Source: a virus (lineage: Duplodnaviria; Caudoviricetes). From it: a stretch of DNA of 62,785 bases. This document shows, piece after piece, positions 34,532-44,234 of this stretch; position 1 is the stretch's first letter, and the number at the start of each line of letters is the position of its first letter. A model generated the notes under the pieces. The model saw only the letters and a list, made by a program, of their open reading frames with translations, did not search any database and was not told where the DNA came from. The stretch covers positions 1 through 62,785 of IMG/VR virus record IMGVR_UViG_3300035128_000038; one strand, 5' to 3'. Made by a program: the position numbers and the translations under genes.

Positions 34532-35632
34532 TTACTGCAGGTGTTGGCTCATAACGTCAGAGACCGCCATGGTGGTCGGTTCCACCGGCTTGCCATGAAC
34601 CTCGTAGCCGGTGACCGCGTTCATAAAGAACTGGTAAGCGTCGCCATCGCCGGTGAGGGCATGGACCGCATAACTGACCACCGCCGCCTGATACTCGATG
34701 GGAATCTCACAGATTTGGTCCTCCAGGGTGATGTTGGGAGATAGAGGCAGAGGGCGCCGCACCAGATCAAGCAAGATATTTCCGGTTAGGGGAGTCAGGT
34801 TTGACAGCTCCGAGGCCGCCGAACTGATAACCGAGTTGGTTTTGTTCACCGCGTCGAGGAAAAGCCCGTATTCAGTCAGGGGAATCCGGAAGGAGTCCCC
34901 GGCCACCCACTTGGTCTGTTTGGGCAGGTCGGCGGTCACCTTGTCGTTAGTGGCTTCGGCATCGCCCACCGTCCGGATAATGGCCCCGGCGTTCCTGGTG
35001 GTGTTGTAAACCGGGTAACCCGGGATGCCCCCCAGGTTGCCCAGGTTACGGCCGGCGTTATCTACCAGATAATCGGAATTGTCGTAACCGCTGGCGATGT
35101 GGGTGCCGGTGATGCTGGCCATGCTTCCCAGGTCCAGGGTGCTTGACACCAGGCTGTCATCCCCCGGCGTGTATTCTGAACCATTGGAGGTAGGTATGGG
35201 GGAAAAGCCGAGGGTTAGGAACTCGGCGTTCTTGTAGGCCGGGAAGACATAGACGGGCTGGCCGGTTTGCCCCCGGTACTCCCGGTCAATCTGGGCCATT
35301 CTCCTCACATCTTCCAGGACTTCCAGTTCCTTGTAGGCCGTCAGGCTGTCGCCGGTAAAATACTTGCCAGCAGTCACCCTCTTGATGCCAAAGGGCAGGC
35401 GGTAATTCTGTTGGCTGGCGGCCGGACGGATGAGGGCCAGAGTACGGAGGCAGCCGGTAAACGCGGCAAAAGCCTCCATGCCGGTATTGATGGCGGTGGT
35501 AATTTCATCCCTTTCATATTCCTCAAAGTCAAACTTCTTAACCTTTAAGGCCCGCTGCACCATACGGATCAGTTGCCTGGTGCTGTTTCCCGGCGTGATT
35601 AAATTAAAATCTTCGGCTCTTACTGTAGGCAT
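34532..35632 (-). CDS. Head-tail adaptor-like protein, paralog 2
   Basis: Collinear similarity to 35636..36751 (FTGCL, QNYRLPF, YKELE, SPIPT, EIP..Y...V.YAV). Confidence 0.6.
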   Translation of the reverse strand: MPTVRAEDFNLITPGNSTRQLIRMVQRALKVKKFDFEEYERDEITTAINTGMEAFAAFTGCLRTLALIRPAASQQNYRLPFGIKRVTAGKYFTGDSLTAYKELEVLEDVRRMAQIDREYRGQTGQPVYVFPAYKNAEFLTLGFSPIPTSNGSEYTPGDDSLVSSTLDLGSMASITGTHIASGYDNSDYLVDNAGRNLGNLGGIPGYPVYNTTRNAGAIIRTVGDAEATNDKVTADLPKQTKWVAGDSFRIPLTEYGLFLDAVNKTNSVISSAASELSNLTPLTGNILLDLVRRPLPLSPNITLEDQICEIPIEYQAAVVSYAVHALTGDGDAYQFFMNAVTGYEVHGKPVEPTTMAVSDVMSQHLQ

Positions 35633-35635
35633 AGT

Positions 35636-36751
35636 TTATGCCTCCTGTGCTTTGGGACCGTCCACATGCGCCTGTCCGACCCCTCTGTAATCGTCCACAT
35701 GGACGTTAAAAACATCCAGGCCTGCCTTGGCCTTATCCAGTTCGACCACTCCTTTGTACGACCTGCTGCCCAGCCACCAGACCGCGTAGCCAATGAGCCC
35801 CGGATGGTGGGCCGCCGGGATTTCAGTAACTGCATCAGGGCTGTTGATGTTTAACTCCAGAGGCTTCCGGGCCACATCCAGGAGAAGGTTGCCGCTTTTG
35901 CCATAAATATTGGCGATGGTTCCCAGATAGCTACTGAGGAAGTAGGATTCTTCGTCGGTGGCATCAATGACCACCCCATACTCGCTCATGGGAACCTGAA
36001 AACTATCTCCCAAGTCCCATTGGTTATCCGAGCCCCCGGATAAGGTGACGTTTATCCGGTCATTGGTGGCCTCGGCATCCTCAATGGAGGTTATGAGCCC
36101 ACCAGAGCCGTCCGTGGTGTTAAAAACCATGTGGCCCACGGCTACACCCAGAGTAGTGAAGTCACGTCCGTCAGCGTCCACCAGGTAAGCCGTCCCTGAG
36201 TATCCACTGGCAATGTGTGTCCCGGTAATATTGCCTACATTGGTAAAACCCGTGGCGGTGGTGACCACCCCATATTCGTCCCCGGTCCAGGCGGTGCCAT
36301 CGGTGGTAGGTATGGGACTAACCCCCACATGAAGGTTATTTCCAGCCCGATAAGAGGGAAAGCAGTATTCCGGGTCGCCAGTATCACCACGATAATAGGG
36401 ATTAATGCGTTTCATGGCCGTCCGGTCCCGGACCATTTCCAACTCTTTGTAGTCGTAGCGGTTATTGGTCTTGTAAAAAGCGCCTGATATGACCCTAAGA
36501 CTGTTGAAGGGAAGACGGTAGTTTTGCCAGTCGGCCTTAACCACGATGATGGTGGGCATAAGCAGGCAGCCGGTGAGAAAGGCGAACCGCTCCTGACCGA
36601 AGTTAAGGGCCTTGACCACATCAGCATTGGGGTAACGGGTTGTGTCATCCTCGGCCACCCCGAGCAACTTGCGGGCTTCGTACATCATTTCCTGGGTGGA
36701 CAAACCCTCGAAATAGGCGCCGTAATCAGCTTGAAAAGGGGTTACAGACAA
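35636..36751 (-). CDS. Head-tail adaptor-like protein, paralog 1
   Basis: AR.LLG...RY.NADVVKALN...Y.LP...SP.P...EIP..HH..L..YA adaptor pattern. Confidence 0.65.
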   Translation of the reverse strand: MSVTPFQADYGAYFEGLSTQEMMYEARKLLGVAEDDTTRYPNADVVKALNFGQERFAFLTGCLLMPTIIVVKADWQNYRLPFNSLRVISGAFYKTNNRYDYKELEMVRDRTAMKRINPYYRGDTGDPEYCFPSYRAGNNLHVGVSPIPTTDGTAWTGDEYGVVTTATGFTNVGNITGTHIASGYSGTAYLVDADGRDFTTLGVAVGHMVFNTTDGSGGLITSIEDAEATNDRINVTLSGGSDNQWDLGDSFQVPMSEYGVVIDATDEESYFLSSYLGTIANIYGKSGNLLLDVARKPLELNINSPDAVTEIPAAHHPGLIGYAVWWLGSRSYKGVVELDKAKAGLDVFNVHVDDYRGVGQAHVDGPKAQEA

Positions 36752-36761
36752 TTTGGCCTCC

Positions 36762-37367
36762 TCATCCTACTCGCTGCCAGAAATAAACTGTGGTTCCCGG
36801 AGAATCAAATATGATGCCATACTGCGACAGTGGCACCTCGAAAGCGTCGCCCTCGTCCCAATCTTCGCCACCTGCCAGGGTTCCGTCAACGCGGTCGTTT
36901 GTGGCATCTTTGTTTTGGATTGCTGTTATGATGGCTGACTCTCCTTTGGTTGTATTATAAATCTCCTGACCTATGGCAACTCCCAAGTTTGATAGATTGC
37001 GCCCGACCGAGTCTACCAAGTAGGCTGAATTAGGATAGCCGCTTTTATGTGTCCCGGTTAAGTCCTCAGTGGGAGAAGTGGCAAAGTGTATGTTTCCCAG
37101 CAAAGTCCAGGAGCCGACCCCAAGCAATATGCCGGGATTTGTAGTAAGCACGCTGGCATAAACAGAACCAATGGGCCAGGCCTGGCTTGCTGCAGGAATT
37201 GCCGGGCTTCCCTTCACAATCTCCCGCACCACCGAAGCCACTGCTACGCTATCGGTGCCGATGGGGATGGAATTCACCTGGACTTGGAGTTGAGTAAGCA
37301 GCGATTCCAGAGCTTGAATCCGGCTTAAAAGTATATCTGGCCTAACTGGCAATAGGGACCTCCTCAA
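36762..37367 (-). CDS. Tail/baseplate-type protein carrying the shared ~85-aa module
   Basis: AWPIGSVY...NP..LLG.G.W and VYFWQR motifs interrupted by the TGTH..SGY module. Confidence 0.6.
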   Translation of the reverse strand: MRRSLLPVRPDILLSRIQALESLLTQLQVQVNSIPIGTDSVAVASVVREIVKGSPAIPAASQAWPIGSVYASVLTTNPGILLGVGSWTLLGNIHFATSPTEDLTGTHKSGYPNSAYLVDSVGRNLSNLGVAIGQEIYNTTKGESAIITAIQNKDATNDRVDGTLAGGEDWDEGDAFEVPLSQYGIIFDSPGTTVYFWQRVG

Positions 37368-39741
37368 ATTCCCAGGGGAGTTTCAAGGTGAAGTCCTGAT
37401 CCGTACTCTCCAGAGTTATCTCCAGTTCCCGGGCCGTGGTCCCCAGGGGTAAGGTCTGCGGGTCTGATTCACCAACAGCTTCATCCAAAGAAAGACTGCC
37501 GCTTACTGCAGTTCCGTCCCTGGCCCAACTCAGCGTCAGGGGGCCACCGCTTAACTGGTAAATCAATTTGCTCCAATCCTTCACCTGTTTGTTCTTGCAC
37601 CACAGAGGCAATACTATTTTAATGGATAGCGGATTATCACCGGAGTCGAACTCGTAAATATAAATGCCTGAGGCATAGTAAACCTTGCCAAGAATCTGGT
37701 CAGCGAAGATGGCCGCAGGGGTGAAGTTGCGGACGTAATGGGCCAAAGGGAAGCCGTGGCTGTAATCAATCCGCATCACCCGGGCGGTGCCGTCAGTATC
37801 GGTAAAGCTCAGATAGGCTTTCTTGCCGGCCATGGCGCCGATCACGTCATCCATGGAGTCGGAGTCAATGGCTGGGTTTATCTTCTCCAGATAAAAGCCG
37901 TCTCCCCCTCCCAGGCTCGAAGTGTAAAGCCCCTTCTTGGAGGCATAAACCTGCTGGGTGCCCTCCAGTTCCAAAAGGAGTTTCTGAGTTACGGCGCCCT
38001 CCCGGGCCCCGGGCCTCTGGCTCCAGGAAGCCGGATCACTTGATGTTAACAGGAAAAGGTGTTCCCGATGCTTTCCCCGGGCAGCCAGATAGTCACCCAA
38101 CTTGGCGACTTGCTTCAAATCCTCGCCTTCGGTGACTACCCGATAATTGGCGTAAGGAAAGGCCTCGTAGAAAAGCTCGTTGCTGTAAACCATGTGATGA
38201 GGGAAGCCGTCCACACCCACCAGGAAAATGCGGCCATTGGCTTCCACCATGTCGGTACAGGCCGGCGGGGGTCGGTTGTGGAAATTGGTTTCAACTTCGG
38301 TAAGTTCGCTATCGTCCAGATCATAATCGTATGAGGTACTGGTGTTGTCGTCGATGGTGAAAACGAAAAACTCGGTGAGTGAGCCCCCTATAACTACCAC
38401 TCGGCGCTTAGTCGTCTGGCCGTCGGTATCCGGAGTTAAGTTTCCGATGGCAATAGGTTCACCCGTGGTTGCAATGGCTTCACTAAATTCGCTGTACGGG
38501 CCGTAGTTGCCCAATTCATTCTCGTAGGCGACCGCAAAATAATAGGTTCCGGAGGTCTGGCCCCGGACGATGCGCCAGTTGTCAAAGCTAACCTCGGCAT
38601 CTTCGGTCTGCGCTTCCAGTTCGATTCTAATGGCGGTGATGGTGTCCCAGCCCCGCCCTGAGGTTGATCCTACTCTTTGCCATGAAGCGGTGGGAATTTT
38701 CAGTTGGGTCCAGGAACCAGTTTCGCTTTTTACTCTCGTTTCTGGCTTGTAAGTAGTCAATGTCTGGACAGTCGTCTCTTGACCTACTCTCCAGTTATCA
38801 TCTACTGGCACGCTAAAATTATAAAGTGCTTGCTCTTCTACGGAAGTAAAACTTCGATCATATTGGTTGCTGACATCAAACGGCAAATTTTGAACCCAAG
38901 TAGTATCAGGCTGATTCTCCGTAGCTTCGTTAGCTTTGCCATATTGGGGGTCGAGAATTGTTGATTGCTCAGTTGATGGAATCTCAACGGTATAAACAAA
39001 ATAGTCCTTATCAAAGCCTTTGTCGGCCGCACAACTCATTTTAAACGTAATGCGCCTGACGTAGGCCAAATCGACGGAATAATAATCCACGCCGATGTAA
39101 GCATTTGTGCCTACTCCGACGCTGGCTGAGATTTCCGACAAATCCAATGAAGTTTCCAGGGTCCCGGTACAGACCGTCGCCGCCGAACACGTCAACTGCA
39201 TGGACTGAGTGCCTTCGGTATAATGGGTAGTATCGGCGGCCAAAGCTCCGGAGGCCCCTCCCCCGGCCTGCACCCAATAATACAGATCCTCGAAGTCGGC
39301 TATGGTTTTATCGGAAACCGTTGACTTGGCCGCGGTCGGCTGGGGTGGCGTGTTCAAGCCCCACTGATAGGCCTGGGACCACCCGGGCTTCCACTTCCGG
39401 CTAATACTCCCGTTGCTCAGGACGAAATACTCGTCATTGATGGGCAAAATACAAAATGGGCCGGTGAAACTGGAGTCAAGCAGGGTCGTAGTAGAGCCGT
39501 AAGTCACCCTGAGACCATCAGAGTGGGTGGTAAAGAGGTACTGCGTCTGGCCGACATAAGATACCTTGGCATCAACGATAGTGGCCGCAAGGGTCCAGGC
39601 AAGCAAATCCTCCCGCATGGGAGTCACCTGGCCCAGGACTCCGAACTCGCACCCCAGGCTTTCGGCGGTCTCTCCCTCTTTGAAGAAAAGTCCCGCGTCC
39701 CTGAGATTCATGCCAAGATGCAGGTTCTCAATCAGGCACAT
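37342..39741 (-). CDS. Tail nozzle/stabilisation protein (tail tubular B-like)
   Basis: 799 aa, beta-rich, NGRIFLVG...YS...EAFP; position in the podovirus tail module. Confidence 0.6.
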   Translation of the reverse strand: MCLIENLHLGMNLRDAGLFFKEGETAESLGCEFGVLGQVTPMREDLLAWTLAATIVDAKVSYVGQTQYLFTTHSDGLRVTYGSTTTLLDSSFTGPFCILPINDEYFVLSNGSISRKWKPGWSQAYQWGLNTPPQPTAAKSTVSDKTIADFEDLYYWVQAGGGASGALAADTTHYTEGTQSMQLTCSAATVCTGTLETSLDLSEISASVGVGTNAYIGVDYYSVDLAYVRRITFKMSCAADKGFDKDYFVYTVEIPSTEQSTILDPQYGKANEATENQPDTTWVQNLPFDVSNQYDRSFTSVEEQALYNFSVPVDDNWRVGQETTVQTLTTYKPETRVKSETGSWTQLKIPTASWQRVGSTSGRGWDTITAIRIELEAQTEDAEVSFDNWRIVRGQTSGTYYFAVAYENELGNYGPYSEFSEAIATTGEPIAIGNLTPDTDGQTTKRRVVVIGGSLTEFFVFTIDDNTSTSYDYDLDDSELTEVETNFHNRPPPACTDMVEANGRIFLVGVDGFPHHMVYSNELFYEAFPYANYRVVTEGEDLKQVAKLGDYLAARGKHREHLFLLTSSDPASWSQRPGAREGAVTQKLLLELEGTQQVYASKKGLYTSSLGGGDGFYLEKINPAIDSDSMDDVIGAMAGKKAYLSFTDTDGTARVMRIDYSHGFPLAHYVRNFTPAAIFADQILGKVYYASGIYIYEFDSGDNPLSIKIVLPLWCKNKQVKDWSKLIYQLSGGPLTLSWARDGTAVSGSLSLDEAVGESDPQTLPLGTTARELEITLESTDQDFTLKLPWEFEEVPIAS

Positions 39742-40119
39742 TTAGGGCTCGTATTCAATGACGATAATGACGCTGGCCGCCGTGTCAAAATTGCAGTCGT
39801 CAATCTCCAGACAGGGAATCCATCTTACATTGGTCCAGAAAGGTTCCTTGGTGACCCCGCCATCCGTACTTTTTTGGAAACAGAACTTGGGTCCAGTTAC
39901 CGACCCGGCCCTGAGCATGAAATAATCGTCCGTAGCCGAAGGCCACATCTTCACCGCGGTTATCTTGATGCCATCAGGAAAGGCCGTAGCACCACTCCAA
40001 TCGGTATCAAGAACGGTAAGTACAATAAGGCCAGGGACGGAAGTATCTGCCGCCGTGGTGGCCAACAGAGGCGTGGCCATCAAGCAGACAATCAGGACAG
40101 AAAGGAGAAATTTTCTCAT
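39742..40119 (-). CDS. Small beta-rich protein with signal peptide
   Basis: MRKFLLSVLIVCLMATPLLA. Confidence 0.65.
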   Translation of the reverse strand: MRKFLLSVLIVCLMATPLLATTAADTSVPGLIVLTVLDTDWSGATAFPDGIKITAVKMWPSATDDYFMLRAGSVTGPKFCFQKSTDGGVTKEPFWTNVRWIPCLEIDDCNFDTAASVIIVIEYEP

Positions 40120-40131
40120 AATTCTTACCTC

Positions 40132-40458
40132 TTACTGAAAGTAGTAGTAGGTTACGTTCAGTGTCACGGTTCCTGAAAGGGCGATGAAATTTGTGTTCGA
40201 TAGGGTACTGTAACCTTTTAGTTCCAGAGTTTCCTCTGTGGCCAGGAGCATCCCTACCGCCGTGGTCGGGTCGGTGCCGTCGCTCCGGTAGCGCAGACTA
40301 CCATCTTCCGGCACCACCACCACCTTATGGGCGCTCTTGCCGTCGTAATCCCCGGAAGTAGGTTGCAGTTTGGTAGAGGTAAAACCCTTGGCTGTGCTGG
40401 AAATTGATATTTGCTCAAAATCCCCCGCCACTAATTGATCGTCCCAAAGATTCGGCAT
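40132..40458 (-). CDS. Small virion-type beta-sandwich protein
   Basis: LRYRSDGTDPTTAVGMLL...LNVTYY. Confidence 0.65.
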   Translation of the reverse strand: MPNLWDDQLVAGDFEQISISSTAKGFTSTKLQPTSGDYDGKSAHKVVVVPEDGSLRYRSDGTDPTTAVGMLLATEETLELKGYSTLSNTNFIALSGTVTLNVTYYYFQ

Positions 40459-40470
40459 GACGCTTGTCTC

Positions 40471-42159
40471 CTATGGCTGATATTCTTTCATGGGCCCCAA
40501 CCTTAATTTCTCTGCCGGCGGCGCCTCGTCTCCCCAAATGCTGGCGTAATATTTCTTGTTTTTGGTGTGCAGTTCCAAATAATTATGCGGTTTATTGTTC
40601 GGATGGGCCAGATGAATGACAACCAGGTCGTCCCGATGCACGAAGGGAACCTTGGCCCTTCTGAGCCGTTGCCGGAAATCATCGTCGTCAAACCCCATGC
40701 CCTTGGCGTATTCCTCATCAAAGCCGCCGATGGCCTCGTAGGTCTCCCGGGAAAGGGCGGAGCAGAAATGAACTTCAACATTGCGGTACTGGCTGTGCTG
40801 ATACCAGTGGCCCGGGGGCAGTTTGTCGCCCGGGTTCAGATCAGTTTCTTTAATGGCAAAGCAGGAGCAGACCACATAGCAGTTCGGGTTTTTGGCGAAC
40901 TCCTCGTCCAGCCCACCCAGCACGTTGGACCGATGCACACACTCGGGATTGGTGATAATCATGTAGTCGCCGTTGGCCATCTCCACACCCTGATTAAAGG
41001 CGGCCGCAGGGTTCCAGGAGTCCAAGGACCCTCCCTGCACCACCCTGATATTTATCTTGGGGCTGAACTCCTTGATGAGGTTTTTGAGAAGATAATTTTC
41101 CTGATTTACCACCGCACACTTGGCGTCATTGATGAGAATGACCTCGTAATCGTGTCTCTGGGGATAAATTCTCTCCAGTGACATCAAGGTGGATCGCAGT
41201 TGAGTTGACCGCTTGTAATAGGGCATGATGAGGCTGTATTTAACCGGGACATGCAGCGTGGGATTAATAGTTATGCTTTGAGAACCCACGTCGAAGCCAG
41301 CCTTGAACAAAGCCCACCGAACCCCACCCATGCACTCGTCGGCCCTAACCTTGTTAACGCTGGTCCATTCGGCCTCCTTGAGACAGGATTGCTTTTGAGC
41401 TGCAAACCAGTGAACCCCGATAGTGTCCCGGGTTACATGCAGCAGTGAACTGTCTTCCCACAAGGCAACCGGCTGAGTATGCACTCGTTCAAAGGGATAA
41501 ACCGCATGTTGGGGTATCTGGGCAATGGTGCTCCCGGCGGCCCTGGTTTCCCCCGGGGGAGCAAAGCGCACCAGAAGGTCAGTCCCCAAATCCTGGTATT
41601 TCAGCTTGTCGTCCAGGGCATGGGCCAGTTTAAGACCAATATTTTCCATACCTTGAAACAGTTGAGCACCCTGCTTGCCACCCAGAAAGCCGATGGCCTG
41701 CCACTTCAACAGATCAGGTACTTCCCCCCAACACAGGAGGGCATCGGCAGTCATATCCAACCTCAGGTGCTTCATGGGCCGGAAATAGATAATGTCGAAG
41801 TCAGACCAGAAACCGCCCATTTCGTGCAGGAGGCGCCACCGGTAAAGGTCAGACCGATGCACTTCGGTCATTCTCGGAAAGTCCTTGATGGCTGCCCGTC
41901 GTAAACTGACGTTGGGACCAGCCTCTTTGAGCCGGGGGAACCAGTCCTCGCCGGTGTAGCAACAATGTCCGTGCTCCATGGTGCGCCAAGTGGGAGAGGC
42001 CCCGATGTCCTGAGGGTGCCAGACGATGATGCGCCAGTCCGGATTGTGCAGGCTAAAGGTGGCCACAGTGAGCCAACGCAACCAGGAAAGAGGCTTGTCC
42101 CTGCCCCAATACAGGTGCATTATGAGCGGGATCTCTTTAGCACCTACGGAAGAAGGCAT
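40471..42159 (-). CDS. Two-domain glycosyltransferase (DXD GT32-like plus GT2-like)
   Basis: IP.IMHLYW, RSDLYRW.LL...GGFWSDFD; SLIMPYY, AAAFNQG, IGGFDEEY..G.GFDDDDF. Confidence 0.88.
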   Translation of the reverse strand: MPSSVGAKEIPLIMHLYWGRDKPLSWLRWLTVATFSLHNPDWRIIVWHPQDIGASPTWRTMEHGHCCYTGEDWFPRLKEAGPNVSLRRAAIKDFPRMTEVHRSDLYRWRLLHEMGGFWSDFDIIYFRPMKHLRLDMTADALLCWGEVPDLLKWQAIGFLGGKQGAQLFQGMENIGLKLAHALDDKLKYQDLGTDLLVRFAPPGETRAAGSTIAQIPQHAVYPFERVHTQPVALWEDSSLLHVTRDTIGVHWFAAQKQSCLKEAEWTSVNKVRADECMGGVRWALFKAGFDVGSQSITINPTLHVPVKYSLIMPYYKRSTQLRSTLMSLERIYPQRHDYEVILINDAKCAVVNQENYLLKNLIKEFSPKINIRVVQGGSLDSWNPAAAFNQGVEMANGDYMIITNPECVHRSNVLGGLDEEFAKNPNCYVVCSCFAIKETDLNPGDKLPPGHWYQHSQYRNVEVHFCSALSRETYEAIGGFDEEYAKGMGFDDDDFRQRLRRAKVPFVHRDDLVVIHLAHPNNKPHNYLELHTKNKKYYASIWGDEAPPAEKLRLGPMKEYQP

Positions 42160-42838
42160 GTCGCTCCTCACCGGCGATTAAAACCGTCATTTCCTCCGGC
42201 CGTTCGGCCAGAAACTCCTCACAGGCCAGCCGGACCCCCGGCAGCCAATCCGTGGGCGCCACCTTGCGCCTGGAGTTCTTGACGTAAGGATTTTCCCCGT
42301 AATATCTGGTAATCAGTTCGCACACGTCCGGGCGGGCGTAATCATCCACCAGGACGATGGCCCCCGGGGCCAGCCGGGGGTAAATTGCGGTCAGCCCCTG
42401 GCAAGTGCTGCTATACAAATCTGCGTCAAGGTGCGCAAAGCAGATGCACGGTGGGAGGTGCTTCTCCAGGGTGTCACAGAACCAGCCGTCGATAATGGCC
42501 GGTTGGGGGAGGCCCAGGGTGGCGAAGCGGTCCCGGGTGTAGGCCGGATCAGTGGCGAAGTTCTCCGGGATAAGGGGACAGTTGCCGTCCTCCGGAGTGG
42601 GCACAGGCAGGCCCTTGAAGCTGTCAAAGAGCCAAAGGGTCCTGTCGGAGCCCCGTTCCTGAAGAGTTCTGGCCATGACCGCAGCAGTCATGCCGGTCAG
42701 GCTCCCCAATTCCACCACGTCGCCGGGGATTCCCAGGGACAAGACTTCGTTGAGCAAAAACCAGAGATTGACTCCCTGCTCGATGTTCAGGCAGCCTTGC
42801 TTTTGAAAAAACTCGGCTATGAATAGGTTTGATTGCAT
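42137..42838 (-). CDS. TylF/MycF-family sugar O-methyltransferase
   Basis: PGDVVELG, FDSFKGLP, GWF.DTL, HLDADLY, DDY. Confidence 0.9.
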   Translation of the reverse strand: MQSNLFIAEFFQKQGCLNIEQGVNLWFLLNEVLSLGIPGDVVELGSLTGMTAAVMARTLQERGSDRTLWLFDSFKGLPVPTPEDGNCPLIPENFATDPAYTRDRFATLGLPQPAIIDGWFCDTLEKHLPPCICFAHLDADLYSSTCQGLTAIYPRLAPGAIVLVDDYARPDVCELITRYYGENPYVKNSRRKVAPTDWLPGVRLACEEFLAERPEEMTVLIAGEERHAFFRRC

Positions 42839-42913
42839 TATTGCTCAATATATTTTGATAGTTAATTTAGGTGCTTATCTTTTCTATTGCATAATTCTAT
42901 TGCATTCTATTGC

Positions 42914-43540
42914 TTATTTGCCAAAACAAATCCAATGATTACCCCACTCCGTAGTCACCGGAGCGTGTTTTTGCCACAGGAACTTGCCCCCACATGATTT
43001 AACCAGGGGATGCAGTTCTATTTCTCGATAGGCGTTGTTGAACATCTTACCGTGCTTGCCATCCGACAGAACATCCTGGCCGCCCTTATGGTAGGCTGGG
43101 TCTCCAAAGAACTCGAACAGCACCTTTCCGTCAGGACGCAGGACCCGCAGGGACTCCTTAATTAAGTCTTTGGCATGTTCCCGGGAGAGGTGCTGAATCA
43201 CGAAGCAGGAGTAAATGACATGGAAGGTGTCCGGGAAAAAGGGGAAGTCCTTACCGTTGCAGGACAACAGCACCGGCAGGGGGCTTACCGCCCGGGCCAC
43301 CATCTCTTGCTTGGCCTCCTGGCACATCAATTCGGTGAGTTCCAGGCCGAACACGTTGTCAGAGAGTTTGCAAAACTGGCTGATTTCCCGGCCATAGCCG
43401 AAACCGATCTCAAGAACGAAGTGGTCTTTCTGGATCTCCAGCCGCTCAATCAACTGAGGCTGGCTGAACTGCCAGATTTTATCGGTGAAATAGGTCGGTG
43501 CCTGCTTAATCCACCAGTCTTTCCATTCCTTAAACTCCAT
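42914..43540 (-). CDS. Class I SAM-dependent methyltransferase
   Basis: VLEIGFGYGR, FHVIYSCFVIQH, RVLRPDG. Confidence 0.9.
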   Translation of the reverse strand: MEFKEWKDWWIKQAPTYFTDKIWQFSQPQLIERLEIQKDHFVLEIGFGYGREISQFCKLSDNVFGLELTELMCQEAKQEMVARAVSPLPVLLSCNGKDFPFFPDTFHVIYSCFVIQHLSREHAKDLIKESLRVLRPDGKVLFEFFGDPAYHKGGQDVLSDGKHGKMFNNAYREIELHPLVKSCGGKFLWQKHAPVTTEWGNHWICFGK

Positions 43541-44234
43541 CTAACCAGTCTCCAAAGCCGCATGTCCTGAGTTTCTGTTCCGTCTCCGGCCAGTTGCGGA
43601 TAATTTGGCGCAAGGGCCGCGTCTCTTGGCGGTAGGTGTGGGGCTGCAGGTCCAGCACCGGCATCCCCAGATACTCCTGGATCTTCCGGATCTCCCCCGG
43701 CCAGTCGGCCACCAGGTCTTCGTAATAGACGTGCAAAGCCCCGGGAAAGGCCTTCTCGGCCTCGTATCGGTATTTGCTAATGTCCTTGACATCGCCCAGG
43801 AACTCGCTGAAATCGAACTCGATGGTCGGGGCGTAGCTGCGGGGCTTCTGGACTGAAAAAGTGGTCTGCCGGGCCAGTTCGTGGGACAGGTAGCGGCGCA
43901 GCAGGTTTCGGCGGTTCAGAATGAGGACCCGCTCCGGCGGGAAAAAGCAGCTCACGGCTTTCCAAAACCGGAGCAGGGACAGCTTGAAGGTGCTTTTGAT
44001 GAAAAAATCCCCCCATTGGTGGGTGATGGTCCCCCGGAAGGGGCGGTCCCGCTCCTGTTCATCCAGGAGGCGGTAGTCTCGCAGCACCATGAACTGGTCA
44101 AGGGCTCCATGATCCATGGAGAAGGAGCGCATGACCACTTTCGGGTGGCTGGACAGGGCCCATTCAACCATCTGCGTTCCGGACCTCGGCATAGTTACGA
44201 TGAGAAACTGCTTTTTGATTTGCTCTATTGTCCA
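43530..44234 (-). CDS. Sulfotransferase (Stf0-like); likely start ATG 44234
   Basis: 5'-PSB loop FLIVTMPRSGTQM...L.SHP, R.NLL..YLS, YEDL. Confidence 0.8.
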   Translation of the reverse strand, partial: WTIEQIKKQFLIVTMPRSGTQMVEWALSSHPKVVMRSFSMDHGALDQFMVLRDYRLLDEQERDRPFRGTITHQWGDFFIKSTFKLSLLRFWKAVSCFFPPERVLILNRRNLLRRYLSHELARQTTFSVQKPRSYAPTIEFDFSEFLGDVKDISKYRYEAEKAFPGALHVYYEDLVADWPGEIRKIQEYLGMPVLDLQPHTYRQETRPLRQIIRNWPETEQKLRTCGFGDWLDGV

